Shown piece after piece: positions 11,825-23,438 of a stretch of DNA of 64,000 nt. Numbering within the stretch: the stretch's first letter is position 1; every line of letters starts with the position of its first letter. The translations under genes and the position numbers were made by a program. This DNA is from Felis catus (lineage: Eukaryota): contig NC_058383.1 in the NCBI RefSeq assembly GCF_018350175.1, forward strand, positions 10,728,001-10,792,000. Direction: 5' to 3'. The notes under the pieces are model-generated. The model was not told where the DNA came from. It made no database searches and saw only the letters and a list, made by a program, of their open reading frames with translations.

Positions 11825-12030
11825 ATTTTTTTTTAAAACGCTTTCTCGAGCTGTAATTCACATGCCACACAACTCACCCCCTTAAAGTGCGCAGTTCGAT
11901 GGTTTTTCGGAGATTCAGAATCGTGACACCATCCTTAACTACATTTTGGAACATTTTATTATCCCCCCCAAAAAACCCTGTGCCCTTAGCTGTACCCGCC
12001 CCCCTCCACCCGCTCCTGCCTTCCTACCGC
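11825..12030 (-). mobile_element. L1MB-like 3' end fragment
   Basis: taattcacatgccacacaactcaccc...aaagtg...cagttcgatggtttt...gaacattttattatcccccc. Confidence 0.65.
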
Positions 12031-12284
12031 TCCCAGGAACAATCGTATGTACCTAGTAACGATATAACGATTTTTTTTTTAATCCTTTAGATAAAAACGG
12101 ATCGTGTTTCCCCGTGTATTGGTTGCCAAAGATTTCGAAGGGAAGTGTGTGGCCGGCATCTGACAAACTCATGAGCCCTCTGGTCTGGTTTTATTCTCCT
12201 GCCCTGATTCCCCCTCATTTCCCAACTTTTTTTTTTTGTTTTACTTCACCCTTGCATGTACACCTTGGAGAACCCACATCAGGA

Positions 12285-12503
12285 TTTTTTTTTAAATTTT
12301 TTAAAATGTTTATTTATTTTTGAGACAGAGACAGAGCATGAACAGGGGAGGGTCAGAGAGAGAAGGAGGCACAGAATCTGAAACAGGCTCCAGGCTCTGA
12401 ACTGTCAGCACAGAGCCCGACGCGGGGCTCAAACTCACGGAGTGTGAGATCATGACCTGAGCCGAAGTTGGCCGCTTAACCGACTGAGCCACCCAGGCGC
12501 CCC
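12285..12503 (-). mobile_element. Can-SINE with TSD
   Basis: TSD CCCACATCAGGA at 12273-12284 and 12503-12514. Confidence 0.93.
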
Positions 12504-12714
12504 CCACATCAGGACTTGATTCGGAAGGCTTTGACTTTCTAGATTAATTCAGGAGGGAATTATCTTCCTATGCAAGAGCATGGTATATCTTTCCGTTTAC
12601 CTACATGTTTTTAAAATTTATGTCGCCGCATTAACGTTACAGTGTTATCGATAAAGGTCTGGAGGAACTTGCACTAAATTTCTACTAACACACCTGATGT
12701 CTTGTTTCGGACTA

Positions 12715-14440
12715 TTTAATAACTGATGCAGGGACAATTAGCTGTCCATATGGAAAAGAATAAAATTAGATTGCCACCTCCCACAGAAGCAAAAACTGAC
12801 TCCAGATGAATTAAAGAACTATGTGCGAAAAGTGAACTTGTAAACTTTTAAAACAAAGTGTAGGATAGGGAAGCGTATTCGATTGGAAAAGCCCAAAGCA
12901 ATAGTGGCTTCAGTAAACTCTCTTCTTTATGATCACTTCGGGTATAATCACCCTAGAGGTAAGCAACTAAACAAAACAAGATAAAACCAGAAATGCTGTT
13001 GTGACTGATACAGTGATATCAAGACTTTAGCTTCTAACTATATGCCCAGGGCCCCTGGGTAGCTCAGTCGGTTAAGCATCGACTCTTGGTTTCAGCTTAG
13101 GTCATGATGTCATGCTTTGTGGGTTTGATTTATTATTATTATTTTTTTAATGCTTATTTTAAAAAAATTTTTTTAACGTTTATTTATTTTTGAGACAGAG
13201 AGAGACACAGCATGAACGGGAGAGGGGCAGAGAGAGAGGGAGACACAGAATCGGAAGCAGGCTCCAGGCTCTGAGCCATCAGCCCAGAGCCCGACGCGGG
13301 GCTCGAACTCGCGGACCGCGAGATCGTGACCTGAGCTGAAGTCGGATGCTCAACCGACTGAGCCACCCAGGCGCCCCATAATGCTTATTTTTGAGAGAGA
13401 GAGAGACAGAGTGTGAGTGGGGAGGGGCAGAGAGAGAGGGAGACACAGAATCCGAAGCAGGCTCCGGGCTCTGAGCTGTCAGCACAGAGACCAGAGACCA
13501 GCGTGGGGCTCGAACCCATGAACTGTGAGATCGTGACCTGAGCCAAAGTTGGATACTTAACCAACTGAGCCACCCAAGTGCCCCACACAGGTTTGAGCCC
13601 TGCGTCTGGCTCTGCACTCACAGCACAGAGCCTGCTTGGGCTTCTCTCTCTCCTTTTTTCTCTGCCCCTGACTTGTGTTCTCTCTCAACATAAATAAATG
13701 AACGTGAAGATAAATAAATAACTAACTATGCCCTTCCATCCTCAGCATGTTGTTTCCATATTGAGATTACCTCACTATCCAAGATGACTGTGGAAGCTCC
13801 AGCCATTACATTTGCCTTCCGAAATTAAAAAAAAAAAAAAATTTGTTTTTTAATTAAGTAGGCTCCACACTCAATGTGGGACTTGAACTCAAGACCCAGA
13901 GATACAGTCTCATGTTCTACCAACTGAGCCAGCTAGGCACCCCACCCACATTTGCCTTCTGGATGGCAGAATGAGAAAGGTGAGGAAGAGAAATGCCGTG
14001 TAAGTCCCACAGAGCAGTTTCATTCACATTTCATTGGCCAGAGGTCAATCTAATGGCCAGCTGAAAAGGAGACTAGGAAATGTAATCTTTCAGTTACGTC
14101 TAGCTAAAAAACTGAAATTCCATTTTAAAGGAAGAAAACTAGAATGGATATTGGAGGCCACCAACAGAATTGGCCATAGAAAGTCTTTCTGAAACGAGAT
14201 GCAAAAGGCATCAATGTTAAAGGAAAATATTGACAAATGTGACTAAATTAAAATCTAAAACTCCGAATACATAAAAGATTTAAATCATTGTAATACATAA
14301 ATATTGAAAACAAAAATGAAAGACGCATCTTGGTTTAGGAAAAGATTTGCAGAGTGCATAATTGACAAAGAGTTGAGGTCTATCATATATAAAGAGCTCC
14401 TATAAATCAATAAGAAAAAGATAAAAACCCAGTACATGAA
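12715..14440. mobile_element. Nested stack: old L1 ORF2 fragment (12715-12875 and 14175-14440) split by an MLT1-like LTR (~12880-14165), itself split by four Can-SINEs
   Basis: L1-like gggacaattagctgtccatatggaaaa...ccagatgaattaaaga resumes at aaaggaaaatattgacaaatgtgactaaattaaaatc. MLT1-like ccaagatgactg...ccagccattacat and cattggccaga...gactaggaaatgtaatc. SINEs at 13049-13720 (+), 13129-13585 (-), 13161-13377 (-), 13830-13945 (-). Confidence 0.7.
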
Positions 14441-17400
14441 ATTTACTCTCAGGCGCCCAACAGAGACCAGAGGATGGCTTTGGTCTGGGCAGAGGGTTCC
14501 AGACAAACCAGCCGCGGCAACAGTGAGCCCCAGAGTACACAACAGGAGGCTGAATGGACCAAGCCCCTGCAATGGGACAATGTCACTTCGTAAGGCACAG
14601 GGTAATCCCAACTGCCATGAGTGCTATATATGTGTGCATAAAAGTGGGTTTCAATTCTCTCTGAAATGCAGTTTGGACAACTAAGTACCTGAAAGTGTCT
14701 CCATAGATCCTTACGTCTGGAGGGTCTCAACCTTTATAGCGGGAGACACCCGCTCTTCCCCGTGGCTTCCACAGCTCCACCTTGGGCGACTTCTCCCACC
14801 TCTTCCACGATGCCTCTTCTCCTTCCTGACAGAGTCGGTCTCAGGGACCTAGGAATTTTGACCGTCTTCACTTGGATTCCCCAAGGATTTGGGTGCAAGT
14901 GGTCAGGAGGGGACCCTGGGGTGTCTGTGAGGACCCTGGGAAGGCAGTGAAGAATGCATCAGTGAGCAGCTGAGTTTGGGGGCTCAGTCTTGCTAGGGAC
15001 CCTCTGAAAGCTGGGCACCACGTGCCTGAGGATCGTCCTATGGAGGGGGCAGCCAGGGGTGGGGGGCGTTCAGTCACCAGCTCCCGCCCCTCAGGGGTCA
15101 AGGGTTTCCCCCTCCCCCCTGGGGAATTCAGGAACTCACCTGGAGCCAGACATCACCCTCAGGCAGAGTCCCAGGAAGCTGTCGGCAGGTGACTCCAGAT
15201 GAGTCAAGGGCGTGTCCCCTCCACAAGCAGCGCCTCGTCCCCTCCAACATTATGATCGAGCCACCCCCGAAACTTCAGGGCCCTTCCTGAGAGGTTTGCG
15301 GCTTCCCTTTCCAGCCTTCTTTCCCTCACTTGGGTCCAGCCGGACAACTCCTTCCCGACGTTTCCTGCACTGTCTTCTGTCGCCTGGGTTGTGTTGGAGT
15401 TGTTCCTTCCGTCCTGTTCCAGGTCCTCTCCCACCATTTATGTCCAGCTCAGACACTGGTGTCTCTCTCTTCTCCATCTCCCTCCCTCTATCTCTGTTCT
15501 CCTCTTTCGTTTTCTAATGACCTGGTTTTTATTCCTAGGTGTGCCTGTCTCTCCAACTAGCGCTGGGCTCCAAGAAGACAGGGGTGGTGAGATCTGCTCT
15601 GCGGGTCCCAGGGTCTGTCACTGCACCCGGCACGTAGCCGATGTTCTGTAAAATACCCGTGGGTTTTCCTTTTGCAGACGAGAAGCAAACTGCCTGAACC
15701 CCCCGAGCGCCTTATGGAAGGAACACCGACAGTGTTCCCCACACAAGGAAATCCTGGGGTAGGAGGTGTGGGCCAAAGAGAGGAGACAGAGCGGTCCCTG
15801 CCCTTCGGGACTGTCGCTCATCCACACGTCCAGTGCGTGTGGAGTGTCCTGCCATGTGCTGGAAATGCAGGTGTTCGAGGACGGCTGGTCCTGTTTGCCC
15901 GGGCCTGCACGAGGCCACACCACGTGGGACTAGGAGGCAAGAAGCCCGGGAAAGAAGGGGACCCCAGCGCTGCCCTGGTGAAGCCATGGTCCAGAGGGGA
16001 GACCAGTGCATCCTGATAGAAGAGGACGATGGGTGACATTGGGCAACGTGGGCAGCGGGGGATGAAGGAGCTCGGGGAAGCCAGAGATCTGGGAAGACTT
16101 CTCGGAGGAGGCGAGCTGGGGCTGAGACCTGGAGAACAAAAGGAAAGTTTTCCTGGCTGGCTCGGCCCTCAGGGATCATGTGGTCCGGCTCGGCTGCCTC
16201 ACTCTTTCTTACAGGGTTCTCCCATGAGGGTCTGGTCTCCCCAAATACCCTGGGAGCCCACAGGGGTCCCCACTCCATGAGATGAAGGCACTGGGTCTAA
16301 TTGTGCCCCCCAAAGCCCTGACGGACTGCAGGCAAATTCCTCCTTTTCTCCAGTCTCTGTCTCCTCATCTGTTAAATGGGTTCATCCTCCTCATTACCCT
16401 CACAAGTTTGCCAGAAGGAAAGGGGACTATCCGTGTGGTGTCCGAGCGAAGAGTGGGCAAATCGCCTTAAGGACCACAGCACCCAGGCCCTCACTTCACA
16501 GATGGGGAAACGGAGGCCCAGGGAGGCCGAGAGCCCGCCCAAGTGCACTCAGCCTCAAGTCCCTGCCTGAGGCTCAGCTCTTAGGACAAGGGGACTGTCT
16601 TCTCTGCCAGGAAGTCCGGGTCCCTCCAGAGTGAGGGGGTCCCCGCTTGTGAGTGTGTGTGCGGTGTTCTTTTTGGCGCCTTGGAAATGTTAATTGAGGG
16701 AAATTATGCAAAGGAGCCCAGGTTGGAGATGCTCATTTGAATCTCAACAAGGTGGCTACATTAAAAATAGCAGGAGCAAGGAGGTAAGCCCGGGGTGGGA
16801 GAGAGGCCGCCAGGCGCCACGGCCGAGAAGGTCCAAGCTCCTGGGCCCCTGGTGTGGTGAAGGGGCCTCGGAGCCTCGGCCTGGGTGGGCCCTCCGCCAA
16901 CATCCCGGGGCCTCCCCTATGGTCTTGTTCCCCACTCGTCTCTTCTACACACTGGACACCCAGACGATGGTTCTATAGATCAGATGTGACCATGTCACTC
17001 CTCTGTATATAACCTGCTGAGGCTGCCCATTGCCCCCAGGATAAAAGCCTCATTTCTGCGCTCAAGGCCTGTTGTGTCTGCTCCCTCTCCTCCCCTCCCC
17101 CCCCACCGCCCCAGGTCCCCAGGTGCTCCCAAGGGCTCCTGCCGAGGGATCATCCATTTCATCACCCCGGCCTCACCCTGGCTCTGAGCCTTTGCACGGA
17201 CCACTCCTGCCGCCCAGAACAGCTGGTGTCTCCTCTTTTCCACCAGGAGAGCTACGTCATCATTCCAGCTCCAGCTCAAAGGCACCTTCCTGGCGCCTCT
17301 GGGCCAAGCCGGTTGTTTCGGGCTCTGTTCTTCAGATGCCTCTCCCATAGCACCTGCTGTCGGGGTCGATGTGCCTGTGGGTCCGGCCACCCCCGGGCTA

Positions 17401-17983
17401 CAAGCTCCCCAAGGTCGGGGGCCACGTGTGGGGCATCCCCTGGGCCCGGCCCTGCCTGGAGCCCACTCTTGCACCCTGCGCAGAGAATATCTGGGGTGTA
17501 TGCAAGGGAATGGCCACAGGACTGCCTCCTTGGGCTCCGCCATTCACCCCTCCCTCCAAAGCTGGCTGAACTGGCCTGGGTGACTCTGGGTCCCCCCCCC
17601 CTGCCCCAAGGCTGTCCTCAAGGACAGCAAGGGGGGGAGCAGAGTGAGGAGGGAGGCTGGTTATTAATTAAAAAGCAAGTCATGTGTAGGCCCTGCTTCG
17701 TTCCAATAAAAACCGTCAAGGGTATTAATTACCAGATCTGGCGATAGACGTGGGCTAGGTTTGCTCAGGCCGGGAAGGATCCCGGTGGTAGGAATGTCAA
17801 TGAGCACCGGGTCTCCGTGGCTCGGGCCTGGGCTGAGGCGGGGTGGGAGGTGAGGGGCACCCTGGCTGGACGACCGGTCGTGGATGCAAACAGCACCACC
17901 ACCAGTTACCTCCTGCAGAGCGGTTACCACGGACAGGACAGAAGCCACATGGCCACCTGACCACTCGCACGTACCTTGTCATC

Positions 17984-18216
17984 TTTTTTTTTTTTTATTT
18001 TTTTTTTCTTAAAGTTTATTTATTATTGAGAGACAGAGAGAGACAGAGCGCGAGCAGGGGAGGGGCAGAGAGAGAAGGAGACACAGAATCTGGAGGAGGC
18101 TCCAGGCTCCGAGCTGTCAGCACAGAGCCCGAGGCGGGGCTCGAACTCACGGACTGCGAGATCATGACCTGAGCCGAAGTCTGACGCTCAACCGACGGAG
18201 CCACCCAGGCGCCCCC
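17984..18216 (-). mobile_element. Can-SINE
   Basis: Full element; TGTCATCTT duplicated on both sides. Confidence 0.93.
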
Positions 18217-19361
18217 CTTCTGTCATCTTAATCCCAACGGCCTCATGAGATCAGTCCTGTTTTTATCCCCATTTTGCCGCTGGGACATGCAGGCACAGAG
18301 AGGTTTTGTGACTTGAGAGGGTCACACAGCTAGCAGGTGGCTGCACCAGGACACCAGTCAGGGTTCCTCTTAACCTCAGGGAAACAAGAACCCGGACGTG
18401 TTGGTCAGCCTCACTGAAGCAGCCCATCATCACGCAGGTGGGGAAACCGAGGCAGGAGAGGACATCACTCGCCAAAGTCATATCCGCACATTGGTGAACA
18501 TAGACTAAGTCCTCCAAGGCCCCGTCCGGGGTGCCCTTCCCTTCTCACCAGCTAAGTGGGTGTCGAAGTTCTCCCAGGAAGAGCGAGGGCGAGGGGGCTT
18601 CAGACGGGCCAGGGTTTGGGGGCCAAGGCTGTCTGCCCCTTCCTGCCTCCCTCCACACCTCCCTCCTCTTCCCTCTGCCGCCTCCGGGGCCTTCAACAGC
18701 CCTGCTGGGCTGAACCAGCCAGCCCTAGCACTTGTCTGTGTCAGCCCCGGAAGGCCAGCTCAGCTCAGCTCCGGTCCCAACGGAGTTAAAATAGGTCTGA
18801 CCTAAATACAAGCACAATGCCGGTGCTGAAAATACGGCTGTGTCAGCGGAAACTCCAACCGGGTAAGAAACCATCGCACTTTGGGATGAATACTCCCTCA
18901 CCCCAAGAAGGGGGCCGGGCTGTGCGCACCGTGAACTCTGAGAGTTCCCGAAAACGTCTCTGCGTGTGGACAGGTGGACAGGATAGAAGGACAGCCGCTC
19001 CCCTGGCCTGGCTGATGGCAAGCCCAGAGCCCTGCGGCCGTCACCCAGAGAAACTGGTACTCAGAGTCGGGAGGGGCCTACTCGAGGTTGCACAGCTCGT
19101 GTGCAGCTGCAGGTGTGGGGAGGCAGGTCTCTGGTTTCTGGGTGGGATGGAGGGCCGGGGGGGGGGGAAGTGGAGACGGTGGGGGAGTGGGTGGGAACGT
19201 AAACTAGCCGAAGCAGAAGTTTGGGCCCAGTACTCGGGGAGGCCCGCTGGTGGCAATGGTTTTGACCGGCCTTGGGGTGGGGGCCCCAGGTGATGGCAGT
19301 CCTGCAGGTGGGCACCGACGTTGTGCAAACAAGTGTGTGGCCACCTGTGTTCTCCTTGGCA

Positions 19362-19470
19362 CAGCCTGCTTCTTGGGCCACCCAGGACACTGAGTTCAGA
19401 AGGGCTCTGCGCTTGGTTAAACGCTCTGTCGCTGCGGCCTTAAAATCCTTAAGAATTTTATCTTTGATTG
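19362..19470 (+). mobile_element. MER91-like hAT-Tip100 DNA transposon fragment
   Basis: ttcagaagggctctgcgcttggttaaacgctctgtcgctgcggccttaaaatccttaagaatttt resembles the recalled MER91 consensus. Confidence 0.55.
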
Positions 19471-19481
19471 TGCATGGGGTT

Positions 19482-19698
19482 TTAAATTTTTTTTTAATGT
19501 TTGTTTATTTTTGAGAGGGAGAGACAGAGTGTGAGCAGGTGAGGGGCAGAGAGAGAGAGGGAGACACAGAACCTGAAGCAGGCTCCAGCCTCTGAGCTGT
19601 CAGTACGGAGCCCAATGCGGGGCTCGGACCCACGAACTATGAGATCATGACCTGAGCCAAAGTCGGACGCTTAACCGTCTGAGCCACCCGGGCGCCCC
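19482..19698 (-). mobile_element. Can-SINE
   Basis: T-rich tail, GA tract, reverse head gagccacccgggcgcccc. Confidence 0.92.
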
Positions 19699-20124
19699 TG
19701 GATGTGTGTTTTGGTGAAGTCCAATAGGACAATGAGCATGAATGGGACAGAGGGGGTACTTAGAACGGTGTGCCCGTGTCCTATGCCACCATATTCGCGT
19801 GGGGTGTGGTCCTCATCATTGGGAACGACGCAAGGGCTCGGAACTCCACGATGAGCAAGAATTCAGTGAGACTCGAAGTACAAAGTACACGTATCATGTC
19901 AAAGGGCTGCGGACAGACAGCCTCGAGAGGCCCCCTTTCTGTTCCAACTTGCTCCGGATGTGGACAGAAGGGGATGGCTGTCTCACAAAGTGTCCAAGGC
20001 TCCTCTATACATCATCAGCCAAAGGGAGAGGCCGTTGGTTGAATGCATGCGTATCAAAAAGTGAAACAGACAGAGTTGAGTAAGTTTGGGACAGTGTTTC
20101 CATTGCCGGAGAAAGAACGAAATA

Positions 20125-20985
20125 CAGACCCCCTGTGCTCGATTGTGCTTCGTAGATGCTGTGTTTTTTTTTTTAATTTTTTTTTAACGTTTATTTATTT
20201 TTGAGACAGAGCATGAACGGGGGAGGGGCAGAGAGAGGGAGACACAGAATCCGAAACAGGCTCCAGGCTCTGAGCGGTCAGCACAGAGCCCGACGCGGGA
20301 CTCGAACTCACGGGCCGCGAGATCATGACCTGAGCCGAAGTCAGACGCTTAACTGACTGAGCCACCCAGGCGCCCCAGATGCTGTGTTTTTTACACATGG
20401 ATGGTTTGTGGAAACCCTGCATGGAGCAAGTCTATTGGCGCCCTTTCTCCAACAGCACACACTCCCCTTGTGTCTCTGGGTCGCGTTTTGGTAATTCTCA
20501 CAATATTTCTTTTCCTATTTGTTTATTTCCACACCCAGCGTGGAGGCCAAGGTAGGGCTCGAACTCATGATCCTGAAAGCAAGACCTGAGCTGAGACCAA
20601 GAATCAGGCGCTTAACTGATTGAACCGCCCAGACACCCCAATTCTCACAAGATTTCAAACTTTTTCATTATTATGATATTTGTTACGATGATCTATGATC
20701 AGTGGTTACTGAGAGCACAGGTGAGGCTTAGCAGTTTTTAAGCAATGAAGTACTTTGAAATTAAGGTATGGGGGTGCCTCAGTCGGTTGAGTATCTGACT
20801 TCGGCTCAGGTCCTGATCTCACAGTTCGTGGGTTCCAGCCCCGCGTCAGGCTCTGTGCTGACAGCTCAGAGCCTGGAGCCTGTTTCCGATTCTGTGTCTC
20901 CCTCTCTCTCTGCCCCTCCCCTGTGTGCACTCTGTCTGTCTGAAAAATAAATAAACATTAAAAACAAAAAAACAAAAAAAGAATG
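20125..20985 (+). mobile_element. Internally deleted Tigger1-type DNA transposon (20125-20770) interrupted by two minus-strand SINEs (20165-20377, ~20510-20640) and followed by a plus-strand SINE (20770-20985)
   Basis: TA then cag...ttgtgcttcgtagatgctgtgttttttacacatggatggtttgtggaaaccctgcatggagcaagtctattggcgcc matches the Tigger1 5' end, joined to ttagcagtttttaagcaatgaagtactttgaaattaaggtatg from near the 3' end. SINE TSD AGATGCTGTGTTTTTT. Confidence 0.78.
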
Positions 20986-21909
20986 TTGGGGGGCAGACAA
21001 GGAGGTTTTCAGGACACCCAGTAGCCGTTGGTCTCGGAGCCTTGGGGTTCCGAGTGCCCGGCTGGCCCTGGCACGTGTGTCCCCCTGAGCAGTGGCTCCA
21101 TGAAGCCTTCAGGACCTCGGTGGGGAGCCCCAGCACTCCAGATCCAGGCCCACCACCCCTCATTCAGTGAACACTCAGCTACTGATCCTACTTAGGCAGG
21201 GAGTATTCTAGGGGCAGGACACAGAGCCGAGAAGAACACGGAGCAGAGCCCTGGCCTCGACGCGACAGCTGGCCGGAAAGGACCAAGAGCTTGGCGCGAG
21301 GTGGTCTCGGCCGTCAGCAACGACAGGAAGCTCCAGGTCTAGCAGGTGGGCCCGGGAAGAGGGTTTCTCAGAGCCGGATGTCGCTCTAGGAGCTGGGGCA
21401 GGAGACCTACAAATGTCCACAAATGTCAAAGGGCACCTCTAAGGCAGTTCCGGCGGGCAGGGCGCTGGTGGCCTCTGAGCAAATTAGAAAGGGGCTCTGG
21501 TCCAGGCAGATGCAGCGGACCGCGGAGGTGCCCTGGGACGGAGCCCTGGTGAGCTGAGTGTGGCCCCGGCTTGCCTGCCCGCGTGCTGCCCGACCTCAGA
21601 AGCCTGGAGCAGGCGGTCTACATGTCAGTGTGTCTGGCTTGCCTCCCCGCCAGGGTCCCTCAGGCTGCAGAGGGCTGGGGGTGCTGAGGCCAGGTAGCGG
21701 GGGCACTCACAGCCAATGCCACGGGGCCTTATACGTGCCAGGAACAGTTCTGACTATTTGGCCTGCAGAACTCATTTCATTCCCACAGCACCCCCTCGGG
21801 GTGGGCACGCTCCTTGCCCCCGTTTGATCAGTGAGGTCGCTGATGCACAGAGAGGTGAGGTTATTTGCCCAAAGACACACAGCTAGCAAGGGGCAGGGCT
21901 AAAATTAGC

Positions 21910-22131
21910 ATTAAAAAAATTTTTTTTTTAATGTTTTATTTTTCTGAGAGACAGAGAGAGACAGAGCACGAGTAGGGGAGGTGCAGGGAGAGAGACACCC
22001 AGAATCCAAAGCAGGCGCCAGGCTCTGAGCTGCCAGCACAGAGTCCGACGCGGGGCTCAAACTCATGAACTGTGAGATCATGACCCTAGCCGAGGTCGGA
22101 CGCTTAAGCTACTGAGCCACCCAGGCGCCCC
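21910..22131 (-). mobile_element. Can-SINE, adjacent to a MIR-like relic at ~21705-21900
   Basis: Full element; imperfect TSD cta(a/g)aatt(a/g)gca. Confidence 0.9.
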
Positions 22132-23223
22132 TAGAATTGGCACTCTTCACCACTCCGCTGGACAACCTCATTCTCTTTATCGCTTGGTTCTCTTTGGTTC
22201 TGGCTCAGATGGACACCATTTAGGATGAAACTGGGGGGAATTCATTAGAATGTTAGAGAACTCCTCTCATTTAAAAATGAGGAAACTGAAGCCCAGAGAG
22301 GGGAAGGGACTTGTCTGTAGTTGCACAGCACAGACACAGAGACAAAGGGTCTCCAATGGGAGCAAACAGGCCCCCATCTGTCGCCTGAGGGACACCGCCC
22401 CTTCTGAGACTTCAAGGGGTCCGGGGCTCAGTCTCGGGGGCCCTGGCAGGCGAGGCCTCAGCGATTAGGTGGTTTGTCCCGAGAGGACAGACCGGGGCTG
22501 AAATCTGGCCCACACTCAGCTGGCCAACCTCGTGGGTCTCGGGCCCGCCATTCAGGGGCCCCGGGTGAGGGGACAGAAATAGGCCATCTGTGAGCTTTCC
22601 CAGGGCTGTGCCGCATTGGGCCCACCGCCTCCAAGCGCGCGGGCATTCTCTGCTCATTTATTTATTTTCAGAGCAGGAAAGTGGATTTGAAACGCTCCTC
22701 CTGAATGTTTACCCCTGCGGGAATGTCGGGCTTATGAATAATGCAGCAAGTCAGGGGCTGGGGGCCAGGCGAGCTCTGTCCTGTCCCTGAAGTGGCCACA
22801 TGCGGGCCTGGGGCAGAGCTCGCCCTGCCACTTGCTGCTCAGTGATTTTGGGGAGATGCTCTGAGCCTCAGAGCCCCCAGCTATAAATGGGGGTCCTGAG
22901 CCTCTCCCCGCCTCCACAGAGAGGCCCACGGAGGCTGTCCCGTCCTTGCCACCTTGGCCTTCCCCTTGGGCACTGCTGTTCTTGCTCGTAGACTTCATCT
23001 GGTTCTCAGTGTCACCAGCCTCTCCTGAACATGTACTTGAGCACGTCAGCAGTCGAACAGAGCAGAGAATGAGGCAGTCCCCGGCGGCTGGAGGGCGCAG
23101 GCCGAGGGAAGGCCTGGTTCCACGGACCGAGTTGGCTCAGCTCTGAGTAGGGCTGTTGGGTAGCTGCCCTAGGCACCTCTCGCCCCAGGCCTCGGGTTGT
23201 CTTGGGCTCTCTCAAAGGGGCTA

Positions 23224-23438
23224 TTTTTTTTTTTAATTGAGAGAGAGAGAGCGAGAGCGAGCACGTGAGCGAAGAAGGGGCAGAGAGAGAGAGAGGGAGA
23301 GAGAGAATCCCAAGCAGGTTCCGTGCTGTCAGCACAGAGCCTGACGTGAGACCGGATCTCGTGAAGTGAACCATGAGATCACGACCTGAGCCTAAATCAA
23401 GAGTCAGACGTTTAAACAACTGAGCCACCCAGGTGCTC
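23224..23438 (-). mobile_element. Can-SINE (older type)
   Basis: TSD CTCAAAGGGGCT(A/G)TTTTT on both sides. Confidence 0.9.
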
